A stretch of DNA of 64,000 bases from Myxococcales bacterium (GTDB lineage: Bacteria > Myxococcota_A > UBA9042). Positions 17,848-27,942 of this stretch are shown here, in pieces. The notes below the pieces were generated by a model. That model made no database searches. It saw only the letters and a list, made by a program, of their open reading frames with translations, and was not told where the DNA came from. The position numbers and the translations under genes were made by a program. Position 1 is the stretch's first letter. Every line of letters starts with the position of its first letter. The stretch is taken from assembly GCA_037441385.1 (NCBI GenBank), contig JBBISH010000009.1, positions 27,191 to 91,190 on the forward strand, read 5' to 3'.

Positions 17848-19514
17848 CCGCTCCTCTCTCGCTGCGCCCGTACCAGACCGCGGCAGTCCAGGCGGTGGTG
17901 GCGGCCCGCAAGCGAGGCGTGCGGCGGATGGTGCTGGTGCTGCCCACCGGCGCGGGCAAAACCGTCGTGTTCGCCCACCTTTCGGCCCTGGCCCAGCAAC
18001 CAGTCCTGGTGTTGGCGCATCGCGATGAGTTGGTGCAGCAAGCGCGCAGCAAGATCGCCCAAGTGCTTGGTAGTGCAGCTGAAGTCGCGGTGGAGCAGGC
18101 CGATCAGGTGGCGCCGGCCTCGGCCAAGGTGGTGGTGGCGTCGATTCGGTCGCTGCACTCCGAGCGGCTGCAGCGAGTGCTGGCGTTGCGGCAATTTGGC
18201 CTGGTCATCTACGACGAGTGCCACCACGCCGCCGCCGACGATAACCTGCGCGTTTTGGAGCAGTTGGGGGCCTTCCACGCCAGTTGGCCCGGCACCTTGC
18301 TGGGCGTAACGGCCACCACCGAGCGCGGCGACGGCCAGGGCTTGGACAAGGTTTTTGAGGAGATCGTCTACCACCGCACCCTGCCCGAGATGGTAGACGA
18401 AGGCTATCTGGTGCCGCTGCGGGGCTACCGCATCGAAACGCGTGAGGATCTGCGAGGACTTGCGCAAGGTGACAGCGACTTCGTGCTGGAGCCGCTGGCC
18501 GAGGCGGTCGACATCGAGGAGCGCAACGCCCTGGTGGCGCGCACCATCCAGGAACTGGCGCGCGATCGCCGCACCATCTGCTTTTGCGTGACCATTGCGC
18601 ACGCGCGGAACCTGACCAAAAGCTTGAACTTGCTGGGGCTTTCCGCCGGCCACGTCAACGGCGAAATGCCTTTGGCGCAGCGCAGTGCGGTGTTGCAGGC
18701 GTTTCGCGACGAGCGCATCCAAGTCCTGACCAACGTGGCGGTGCTGACCGAAGGCTTTGATGATCCTGGGGTTTCGTGCATCGCCATGGCCCGGCCGACC
18801 CGCAGTTCCACCCTGTACAGCCAGTGCGTCGGCCGCGGCACTCGCCTGCATCCGGGCAAGAAAGACTGCCTAGTCCTGGACTTTGTGGATACGAGCGATC
18901 TGTCGCTATGCAATGCCCCGTCGCTCTACGGGATGCCCACCGACTTTGACCTGCAGGGCCAGCGCGCCGACGAGGCGGCGGCGACCTGGCGGCAGATTCA
19001 GTTTGATTACCCGGGCTTTGAGTGGGAGGCCGGCGCCATCACTCTGGACGAGGTCAAGCGCCGCGCCGAGGCTTTCGATCCCCTGTCGCTGCGGGTCGAT
19101 CGCGAGGTGCTGGCGATCAGCCCGCTGGCGTGGGTCTCGCTGGGCCGGGCGGGCTTGGCCCTGCACTGGATGCCCACGCCGCACCAGTTGGACCAGGCGC
19201 GGATTCGGCCGGTGGCGGCGCGCGGCAAGCGCTGGCAGGTCACGCTGCTGGGGCAGGACATCGCGCGGTTCTCGCGTGCAGAAGAGGCGGTAGAGGCGGT
19301 GGACTACGAGATCGGCCAGCGCGGGCGGCAGAGCTGGGAGAGTGCCCTGCCCTCGGCGCCGTGGCGCTTGCAGCCGCCGACCCTGGAGCAGGTGCGCGAG
19401 CTGGCGAGTCTGCGGCCGCCGCGCTCGGCGAAGAACCTGGGTGAGGCACTGCATTTGCTGGCGTTGGCGCGGCATGCGGGTTTGGGGCGCGCGGTGGTGC
19501 CGGTGAATTCTTGA
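17844..19514 (+). CDS. Superfamily 2 DEAD/DEAH-box helicase (SSL2/Irc3-like)
   Basis: LRPYQ, PTGAGKT, DECHH, TAT, LTEGFD and QCVGRGTR motifs. GTG start overlaps the previous stop. Confidence 0.9.
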   Translation: MTAPLSLRPYQTAAVQAVVAARKRGVRRMVLVLPTGAGKTVVFAHLSALAQQPVLVLAHRDELVQQARSKIAQVLGSAAEVAVEQADQVAPASAKVVVASIRSLHSERLQRVLALRQFGLVIYDECHHAAADDNLRVLEQLGAFHASWPGTLLGVTATTERGDGQGLDKVFEEIVYHRTLPEMVDEGYLVPLRGYRIETREDLRGLAQGDSDFVLEPLAEAVDIEERNALVARTIQELARDRRTICFCVTIAHARNLTKSLNLLGLSAGHVNGEMPLAQRSAVLQAFRDERIQVLTNVAVLTEGFDDPGVSCIAMARPTRSSTLYSQCVGRGTRLHPGKKDCLVLDFVDTSDLSLCNAPSLYGMPTDFDLQGQRADEAAATWRQIQFDYPGFEWEAGAITLDEVKRRAEAFDPLSLRVDREVLAISPLAWVSLGRAGLALHWMPTPHQLDQARIRPVAARGKRWQVTLLGQDIARFSRAEEAVEAVDYEIGQRGRQSWESALPSAPWRLQPPTLEQVRELASLRPPRSAKNLGEALHLLALARHAGLGRAVVPVNS

Positions 19515-19559
19515 AAGTTCACTGGGGGTGTCGCCAGAATTCGTTTAGGGCATGGGGTG

Positions 19560-19698
19560 GTGGGCGCTCCCCGGCTGCGCCGGGTCGGGCCCTAGTCCTG
19601 CGCCGCTGGTGCGGCTGCGGACCCGCTGGCCGGCCGGCGCTGCGCCCGTCCGCCCAGCGGCCCATCCGGGTTACGGTCCCTAGCGCGGCGCCCGCGTG
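19560..19698. repeat. Multi-hairpin REP-like intergenic element between convergent genes
   Basis: Hairpins CCGGC/GCCGG, GTCC..CCGC/GCGG..GGAC and CCGCTGG..CCAGCGG. Confidence 0.35.
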
Positions 19699-19699
19699 C

Positions 19700-21238
19700 C
19701 TATTTGCACGCGCCGGCCTGGCAGTGCCCGCCCGCGGCCGAGCAGGTGATGCCGTCGGGCAGGGGGACGTGGAAGCAGCCGTTGTGGCCGGCGTCGCACA
19801 GATCGCTGGTGCAGGGGTCCTGGTCGCTGCAGTCGGCGTAGGTCTTTTGCCAGCAGGGGCCGGAGGTTTCGCAGGTTGGGTTGTACCACCAGTCGGTGAG
19901 GATGAGCCCGGTCGGCCCGACTACCCCCTTCGAGGTAATCCCGTTGAAGGCTCGCAGCATTCCGCGGTCAATTGGCCTAGCTGGTGTGCTGAACGAGAAC
20001 TCGTCAACTGGATAGGCCTTGTGGATCAGTCCGATCGGTTGCCCGTCTGCGCCAACGATCAGCACGTCAATCATTTCGACAACACCGGACATGAACTCCG
20101 TGAAGTGGACGCTGCCGCCCGGCCCTGACACCACGTCCAGTGCTTGAAAGTCGGGGATCGGATTCCAGGTCAGGAGCTTGCCCGAAGTCGTCGCGAGGCC
20201 CCAGTGCTGGCCCTTCCAGTACACACTTTCTTGGTGTAGCAAGACCACGCGCCCGTTCACGTACCGCATTGTTGGAGTGCAGCAGTCGGGATAGGTGGCC
20301 GGACAGTCGCTGCAGACCGGGCTCGGCTGCCATTGCGAAAGCGTTGTGCCATCGGCCGCGACTTCCCACGCGACGCCACCACCAAGGACCAACCAACCTC
20401 CGCCCTTGCGCGGAAACAGACTGGCACTGTTGGCGATCGCCGGACCTGGCCACTCCTGGGGCCCCGCAGGTCGGACCACAGTCCACGTCGCGCCTGAAGC
20501 AAGGTCCACGCCGTAGAGCCGAAGCCTGGGAGTGTCGGGCGGCTTGCTACTTGGCGCTGGATTGGGGGCCTGCCGGGTGGCAAAGACAAGCGTTCCACTG
20601 CCAAAGGCAAATTGGTCTGCGGCGCACTTGCCAGCTTGGCACTCTGGCCAGCCCGGGTAGAGGACAGCGCCCAGATTCACTCCGGCGGCATTGAATACGC
20701 TAACGGCCTTGTTTTGAAGCGACGGCAGGGTGAACGTGGTTTGATCGCCGCCAAGCCCGTCACGCGAACCTGCGGTTTCGATGGCAGCGTAACGATTGAT
20801 TACAATCCGGGTGCTCGCACCCGCGGCTTGCCCAGACGCGCTGGTGGGGTCCAGTGCGGCCGAGGCGCCGACCAGGAACCAAAGCGTTCGTCCGTCAAGG
20901 TCGTCATAGGCCAGGGCGCCCGCCACTGCGGAGGTCGTCCAACTCGGCAACCCAAGGTTGAGCGCACCCAGTTGGCACGCAACGGCACCCGTTCCGTCAC
21001 CGGTACCGTCAGAAGTTCCTGGCACGGCGTCGATTTCCGTGGCACTCCCGCAGTTGGGGCACATGCCATCGGCAGCGCTCGGGACGCAAGGAGAGTCGGC
21101 AATGCCGCCGCCCTGGCCCAGGTCCGCAAGTTGGTCGCCGGCCGTGTCGGCACCGGTAGCCGGCGGTGTTGCGCATGCAGATTGGGCCACAAGCAGGGCA
21201 ACAACGGCCCAAAGTAGCCGTTGTCGCCTCACCAGCAT
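19700..21238 (-). CDS. Lipoprotein of unknown function with one C-terminal CTDC-like repeat (candidate immunity protein)
   Basis: MLVRRQRLLWAVVALLVAQSAC lipobox and C-terminal CSDQDPCTSDLCDAGHNGC. The ATG overlaps the end of the upstream gene. Confidence 0.7.
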   Translation of the reverse strand: MLVRRQRLLWAVVALLVAQSACATPPATGADTAGDQLADLGQGGGIADSPCVPSAADGMCPNCGSATEIDAVPGTSDGTGDGTGAVACQLGALNLGLPSWTTSAVAGALAYDDLDGRTLWFLVGASAALDPTSASGQAAGASTRIVINRYAAIETAGSRDGLGGDQTTFTLPSLQNKAVSVFNAAGVNLGAVLYPGWPECQAGKCAADQFAFGSGTLVFATRQAPNPAPSSKPPDTPRLRLYGVDLASGATWTVVRPAGPQEWPGPAIANSASLFPRKGGGWLVLGGGVAWEVAADGTTLSQWQPSPVCSDCPATYPDCCTPTMRYVNGRVVLLHQESVYWKGQHWGLATTSGKLLTWNPIPDFQALDVVSGPGGSVHFTEFMSGVVEMIDVLIVGADGQPIGLIHKAYPVDEFSFSTPARPIDRGMLRAFNGITSKGVVGPTGLILTDWWYNPTCETSGPCWQKTYADCSDQDPCTSDLCDAGHNGCFHVPLPDGITCSAAGGHCQAGACK

Positions 21239-23926
21239 TGTGTCCCCGGGAAGTAGCCAGCGTACACCTTGGCCCAAGCTGCCGGCAGTGTTGGATAACC
21301 CGGATACTGTCCCGCACAGGAGGGATCAAGTCGGCTCATGAAGGACCCGCATTTTTTCATGCACATACCGCCGGATGGGGCACCTACGGGCATAGGCTGC
21401 ATGTAGAGGTCGTAGGCGCTTTGCGAAGTCGGGAGGATACTGTGCAAATGATTCATGAAGGACTTCTGCTTCACCGGGAATAGTTGGAGCGCGTCGTTGA
21501 AGCTGTCGTCGTCAGTAACCAGCGGTAGTTTCGGACTTGGGTAGTCCCCGTATGCGACTAGCGAATCACGAACCGCTTGCCAATCGGCGTCGGCCCACGG
21601 CTCGGCCAATTTGGGGTTGTACGGATTTGCGCCTGGCCGGCCAACATACAGCTTGGCCGTGAACGCTGTAACCTTTGAGTACTCAATCTTCTGCGAAGAT
21701 TTATTCCAAGAAACGTCGCGATTGAGGCGCGAAAACAGGAAATAACAGAAGGCAATGAGCGCAGACTCGTTCTTTGTGAACGTGCCGCCCTTGAGCTTGC
21801 GAATTTGCTCCAGGGGAATTGCAGTGAGCACACATGGGCACAACTGGAGCAGTTGATTCAAGGCCTGAACACATGGGCCATCTGGAAACAGAGCAGCCAC
21901 ATCGTCTTGCGAGTTGTTGGCGAAGCTATAGCTCGCGTAATACGGCAAAAGGCACTGAAAGTAGTAAGGTGTTCCGAACTGCGGGCAGTCGTAGTTAGCA
22001 CCACATGGGGCTTGCGGGTCCCAGCAGCCTGGAATTTGGTTCTTGGAATTCTTTGGGTCCGTCCACTGGCCACATAGCGAGGGTGTCTTGTTCAAATCAC
22101 TGTCGCCCTTGACGATCCACTCCTCTGAGCACCGAAAGACCGTGTCATATTCCCCGCCCGCCTCGGGATTCCAGTACACACCCCAGTGGTAGACGTAGCC
22201 GTCACGGACAAACTGCGCTAGAGTCATCACGGTATTGAAATCCGCCAACGTAGCAGCCGTACAAACCCCGTTCCGGCAACACAACCCGCTCGCGCAACCG
22301 CAGGCGGCGTTGCACGGGCTCCCCTGCGTACCAGCCGGACACACGCACGCCCCCTGGACACACGATTTGGGCGCGTTGCAGCCGGGGCAAACACCGCCCG
22401 CCCCGTCGGATGCGCAGGGGGCCTTCTCGGCGCAATCCGGCACAGGGGGGGGGCGGAGGCACACAATTTCCCTGCCCATCGCACGAGAAGGTCGCCGGGC
22501 ACTGCCCGCACTGCCCGCCACAGCCGTCGGGTCCGCAGGCCTTGCCGGCGCACTGCGGCACACAAGGCGGCACGCACTGGCCGTTCACACACGTCGACCC
22601 TTGCGGGCAGGTACAGGTTCCCCCACATCCATCGGGCCCGCCGCAGCCATTTGGCGGGCACTGCGGCGTACAGGAGCAACTGCCATTCATACATGTGCCG
22701 TACTTGCACTGCCCACACTGCCCACCACACCCATCTGGCCCGCATTGCTTCGGACCGCCCGTTGCGGGATCCGTGCATTTCGGCACGCATGCGCACCCTC
22801 CGGCCGTTGTCGGTGCCGTTCCACGCGGACAGGTGCACAGGCCGCGCTGACAGGCCTTTGGCGGTGGACAGGTACCGCAGGAATTTCCGCAACCATCCGG
22901 ACCGCATTCTCTACCACGACAATCCGGCGCCTTGGGGACGCATTTGGCCTTGCCGTTTGCCGTTGCGATGCACTGGTCATATGGTCTGCAACTGTTCTCA
23001 GCGCAAGGATTTTGCCAGTATGGCGGGCGTCCAGACGGCGTGATGATCGACGAAATTCGGGACCAGTCCAGGTCCAGTCCATAGGGGGGCATCGGAATGG
23101 GCCCTTCCAGTCCCGGCAGGTCCAAGCCGGCCGGCACGGCAAAGAAGTTCGACGCCTGAACTGCTTCGCCCAGGTGCACCCCAGTGCCCGACGGAGAGGG
23201 CCCGCCGGACTCTACAAACTGCATAGCACCTGCGCCGGTTTGGTACGTACCCGATGGCCTGCGAACCCCAAGATCACGCAAAACGCCGACCACCGCGCCT
23301 TGCCGCAATTCCCGGACCGCTTGCAGGTCCCCCAGAAGCGCGACCTTCGCCGCCTGTTCCCAAATCCCTCCCCAGGTGCCACGGGCATCCAAGCGCCGTC
23401 CCTCGTCTGCCAACCCCCGCGCCGTCAACGCGTGCTTCGTGACGCAAGACGGGCAGCGCCGATCGGGATCAGCCAAGTGCCCTTCAAGTAACAGTAATTC
23501 CTGCGCAAGCAGCACCAAGTTGTGGCGGGGATCGTCGATTGGCCACGGATTGGTTGTTCTGGGAGCATGGTCATGAGGTTGGACAGGTCCGTTTGCGGCC
23601 AGCGTCTGGCCGGCGTTTGGCCTGTTGGAGCGCGTCTCTGTCCCTCGGTGCTCCGATTCTGGTACGCCGACAACGTGTTGGGCTGCTCCCTTGCCACACC
23701 CGCAGCCCCCCGCCCCTTCGCGCTTGCTCTGGCAGTTCCCTCCGCACTTCCCACCACACTTTCCGCCACACGCACACGGCCTTGGCACCGAACTCGCCGG
23801 CTCCGTTTGCCACCAGCCCACCTGCGGACCCATTGCGCCGAGTTGGCCGGTGTCCTTGGCCGGCTGGTCACTGCCAGCGCCAAAGATGCTGCCGATCTGG
23901 TCGGGTCGAAACCGATGCACGTCCAC
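21229..23926 (-). pseudogene. Frameshifted Cys-rich protein (about 898 aa if joined): H-RCxxC-KH domain, CGPDGCGG repeats and a low-GC C-terminal domain
   Basis: AGGAGG RBS plus GTG at 23926. The Cys-repeat sequence moves from ORF 22202..23926 to ORF 21229..22563 at the G9 run 22445-22453. It may be phase-variable or a sequencing error rather than a dead gene. Confidence 0.65.
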
Positions 23927-24012
23927 TGCAGCCTCCTAGACCTAGTTTGCCCGCTTGCCGCGCCCGCGCAAGCCCTAATTGCGGGGCGTCAATTACCCGC
24001 AATCCGCAAGTA

Positions 24013-25909
24013 CTACACCTTCGCTGCCACCAGTACGTTCAGCAAGTCTTCAAACGGATTCACCATGCTGGCCGTCCGCTCGACCCGCGATAGATCGACC
24101 GGCCCGATCACCACGTCGGCTGCACAGTGCGCCGTGGGCGTGCTCGGCTCGTGGATCCGTACGGCGCCGCCTTCGGGCAACGACGCGAATTTGAGGCTCC
24201 GGTCCAGGTCCACGGCCGACGAGTCCGTTACCGTGGTGATCGTTCCCCAAGCCCGCTGGGTCTCCATGGTGTCGTTGACGTCGTTGAAGGCTGCCACCGC
24301 CTGCCCAGGCGAGCCAAAGATCGCCATCGGATTGACCACGTCGGCGATCGGCAAGTCCGAGTAGCAGGCAATCAAGCGGGTGGTCGCCGTCGCATAGCGA
24401 CCGGTCGGCTCGATCACCACGCCACCCCTTGGCCCTTTGCGCTTCGCCTGGATGACCGCCGGGATTGTCCTGCGCGATCGCCGGTTCAGGCCTGACCCGC
24501 GCGATCTCGCCGGTGTGCGCGCGAAGGCGGAGCAAATCTTGGCCGTCGCGAATCAGCAAGTCGCCCAACTGCTTGTTTTGCCCAAGGACCTGGCGCGCTT
24601 CGGCGTCGCTCGCCACCACTCGCCGCAGCCCAGCCGCATAGCGCACCAGGTTGGGCAGGTCGGGAGTCGGTGCCGGCTGCAACAGCCCCAGCGTCGTCTG
24701 CGCGGCCAGCAAGTATTGCCGGGGCGGCACCGTGCCATCGCCGGTGCGGTTGGTATCGACCACCCACACCGTTTGCGTCGCTTCCGCCTGGTTCCACACA
24801 AACATCGACGCCGGGTAGCGCGGCAGCGCGCTCACATCGTGCCCCAATGACTCACCCAGCCGGCGCACCATTTCGCACGCGCCCGTCGCATACACGTACA
24901 GCCAGCGTAGGGCAGCGTCGTCGCGGTCCAGGTCGCGCGGCGCCAACGTCTGCTGATACGCCGCCGCAGTCTGACCGGAAACCACAGCGTTGCGCTGGGC
25001 TTGCACGGCCATGGCCTTGCTCCAGTTGGCGGTACTCCGTGCCGGCAGGATCGTGGGCAACCGGTTGGGCGGACTGGCCAATTGGTCGGAGGCAAAGAGT
25101 CCGGTCCGTATCACCTCGCGCGTCGCGAAGTTCAAGATCGCGCCCAGCGCCGCGATCAGCTGGGGCGTGCGGAGAGGCGGCAGGCCGCGAGCGGCATCGT
25201 TGCCAAACGCCTCGCGAAGGTTCTCGACCAGGGGCGCTAGACCCGCCGCTACACCCAGGTAGAGCAAGCTTTGCTCGAAGACACCGTAGACGCCTTCAGG
25301 CGCCTGTGCCAGTTCCGGAGGCGGTACGGCCAGGGCACGGTGTACGAAGTGACGCTGGAGCGAGCGGGCAAAGCGCACCGCGCTCGAGCCAGTCAGTCGC
25401 GATCGCGTGTCGTCGAGCGAGGTTTCGAACACCCACGGGCGCCCGGCACGGGTTAGCGGCAGAATCGCTGAGACGCCTTGTGCCTGGCCAACGCGTAGCA
25501 GCAAGAACGGTTCGCTGAGCAGCACTGGAGTCGCTGGTGGCTCGACCGTCATGGCCGTCGCGTAGGCGTCGAGAGCAATGCCAACCCAGACCGTACGCTG
25601 GTACGTTTCGGTATGGGCGGGGTACACGTAACCTGCCGCCGTACTCGTAGGAAAATGGAGGACCATCGTCAGCGTGTGGACGGCAGGGCATCGAAACGTA
25701 ATGGAAATTTCGGGAGTAAGGTCGGCAACCGTAAGGGCAAAGGCTTGACCATCGCTGCAGGTGATTTCCGCCGTCTGCCACTTCTGGCTGGCGACTGGAT
25801 TCGCGTACGGGCGGCCGGTGATCGCCTGGATGTCAAACGCTTGGGCAGTCAGGGCGTTAGCGATGAGGGCCTCGTTCTCCGGAAATCCAGATGCGGTGCG
25901 GAATGGCAT
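24013..25909 (-). pseudogene. Hypothetical protein (about 631 aa if joined), frameshifted near 24497
   Basis: GGAG RBS plus ATG at 25909 (MPFRTASG). GC-ending codons continue in the frame of ORF 24013..24420 after about 24497. Confidence 0.55.
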
Positions 25910-26412
25910 GACGGAACTCCTATTGCTGGTAGCTTGGCCTGACGACTGAATGCGCTGAACAAGGCGCCAAGATCCAAGGGACGGCTGACCACGTAGCGGT
26001 TTCAACACATGGCACATGCGCCTACCTGGCGCACGAGAGATTGCCGGGCAAGAGCCTTCCTCGAAAGGACGGACGAATCCGCTGGATCGAGCCGCACAGA
26101 ACCTTCGGCAACGTTGGTACTTGTTAAGGTACCCCCCCCCCCAGCACCACAAATCAACATATTCCTTCACAGGTCTGTCATGCCTTTGTCACGCCCTGAC
26201 CACTATCGCCGTCCCTGCACCAGCCGGGGCGTGGCCCGATCGCCGACTCCATTGGGGCGGCCTCACCAAGCCACCTTGACGCCCCGCAGCCACCTCCTTA
26301 CTTGCCCATGGCGACCGGCGTCTTCCGCGTAATCCCCTGTCCCGCAGCGGCGTTGCAGGGGCCGCCTCGCCCATTTTTGACCAGCCTGGGGCCCTGCCCC
26401 ACGGAGCCCGCC

Positions 26413-27807
26413 ATGTCCGAGCTCGGCCACCGCCTCATCGACCAGGGCATCATCACGAGCGACCAGCTGGAGACCGCGCTGCGCCGGCAACGCACCGCGG
26501 GCGGCCGCCTGGGGCAAAACCTGAAGGCGCTGGGCTTCATCCGCGACGAGGACGTGGACCGCGTGTTCCACCGCGCGCCGCCACTGCCGCACAGCTTGGC
26601 TGACCTGGGCCTGGACTCGGGCCTCGTCCAGGCGATGCTGCTCAAGCACATGCTGTTCATGAACGATTTCCGGCTGAACGACCTCGTCGACCGGGTCAAG
26701 CTGCCCGGCTCGCTCATCGAGCAAATGATCGCCGCCTTCAAGCGCGACCGCCTGGTCGAGGTCAAGGCCGGTGGCGCACTGGCGGCCCTGGCCTACACCT
26801 ACCAGCTCACCGACATGGGACGCGAAAAAGCCACGCGCCTGGCCGAGTTGTGTCGCTACGTCGGGCCGATGCCGGTGCCACTGGATGCCTACGCCGAGCA
26901 GGTGGAGGTGCAGACCGTGCGCAGCATCGCCGTGACTGAGGCCGACGTGACCCGCGCCCTGGCGCACCTGGTGCTGTCGTCGCACACCGCCCAGCGCCTG
27001 GGGCCGGCACTGACCTCGGGCCAGGCGATTTTCCTGTACGGCCCTCCCGGCAACGGCAAGACGTCCATCGCCGAGGCCATCAGTCATTTGCTCAGCGATC
27101 ACATCTACATTCCGTATGCCATCGCGGTCGGCGAGCAGATCATCCGACTGTACGACCCCATCAACCACGTCCTGGCTGAGCAACCGGGCGACGACCACGA
27201 CCCGCGCTGGGTCAAGGTGCAGCGGCCCGTGGTGATGGCGGGCGGCGAATTGACCATGCAGATGCTGGATTTGCAGTTCAACGCCCAGTCGATGTTCTAC
27301 GAGGCGTCGCTGCAGCTCAAGGCCAACAACGGCCTGCTCATCATCGACGATTTTGGCCGCCAGTTGGTGGAGCCGCACCTGATCCTCAACCGCTGGATCG
27401 TGCCACTGGACCGGCGCATCGATTTTCTAACCCTGCACACTGGCATGAAGTTCGCGGTGCCCTTTGACATGGTGATGGTGTTCGCCACCAACCTGGACCC
27501 CAAGCAGCTGGTCGACGAGGCCTTCCTGCGGCGGATTCGCTACAAGATCCAGGTGGCCCAGCCCACGCCGGCCGAGTTCCAGCGCATCTTTGCCGCCGTG
27601 TGCGCCAAGCGCGACATCCCCTTTGATCCTGGCGCGTTCAGCTGGCTGCTGCGCGAGTTCTACGGCCGCCAGGGCCGCGCCTTCAGCGCCTCGCACCCCC
27701 GCGACCTCGTCGACCACCTGGTGTCGTACGCGCGCTACTACGACCAACCGCCGCGGATGACGCCGGAGACGCTGGAGTTCGCCTGCCAGAACTTCTTCGT
27801 GCTCTGA
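26413..27807 (+). CDS. AAA+ ATPase with an N-terminal MshEN-like (c-di-GMP-binding) domain
   Basis: ELGHRLIDQGIITSDQLETALRRQ...RLGQNL..LGFI, Walker A GPPGNGKT, Walker B IIDDFGRQ, and DEAFLRRI. Confidence 0.8.
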   Translation: MSELGHRLIDQGIITSDQLETALRRQRTAGGRLGQNLKALGFIRDEDVDRVFHRAPPLPHSLADLGLDSGLVQAMLLKHMLFMNDFRLNDLVDRVKLPGSLIEQMIAAFKRDRLVEVKAGGALAALAYTYQLTDMGREKATRLAELCRYVGPMPVPLDAYAEQVEVQTVRSIAVTEADVTRALAHLVLSSHTAQRLGPALTSGQAIFLYGPPGNGKTSIAEAISHLLSDHIYIPYAIAVGEQIIRLYDPINHVLAEQPGDDHDPRWVKVQRPVVMAGGELTMQMLDLQFNAQSMFYEASLQLKANNGLLIIDDFGRQLVEPHLILNRWIVPLDRRIDFLTLHTGMKFAVPFDMVMVFATNLDPKQLVDEAFLRRIRYKIQVAQPTPAEFQRIFAAVCAKRDIPFDPGAFSWLLREFYGRQGRAFSASHPRDLVDHLVSYARYYDQPPRMTPETLEFACQNFFVL

Positions 27808-27832
27808 GCTAGAAGGGGCGCCTGGCAATTTT

Positions 27833-27888
27833 CGCCCCTCGCCCAAAGCGTTGGGAGAAGGGCAGACGCGTAGCGTCGGGGTGAGGGC
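27833..27888 (-). repeat. CCCTCACCCC...CCCTTCTCCC..GGGCGAGGG type REP-like palindrome
   Basis: The minus strand reads GCCCTCACCCCGACGCTACGCGTCTGCCCTTCTCCCAACGCTTTGGGCGAGGGGCG, between convergent genes. Confidence 0.55.
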
Positions 27889-27942
27889 CAACCTTGGCGA
27901 TTGCGTTACATACTAAATTTACGCGCGCTTTGTCGGCGCCCG

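Noticed and set aside
19515..26300. Prophage or integrative element call for the island
   Set aside because: No integrase, transposase, tRNA, att repeats or recognisable phage structural genes were seen.
27903..27930. dif-like site (AGCGCGCGTAA-ATTTAG-TATGTAACGCA on the minus strand)
   Set aside because: The XerD arm matches poorly and only with a 5-nt spacer.
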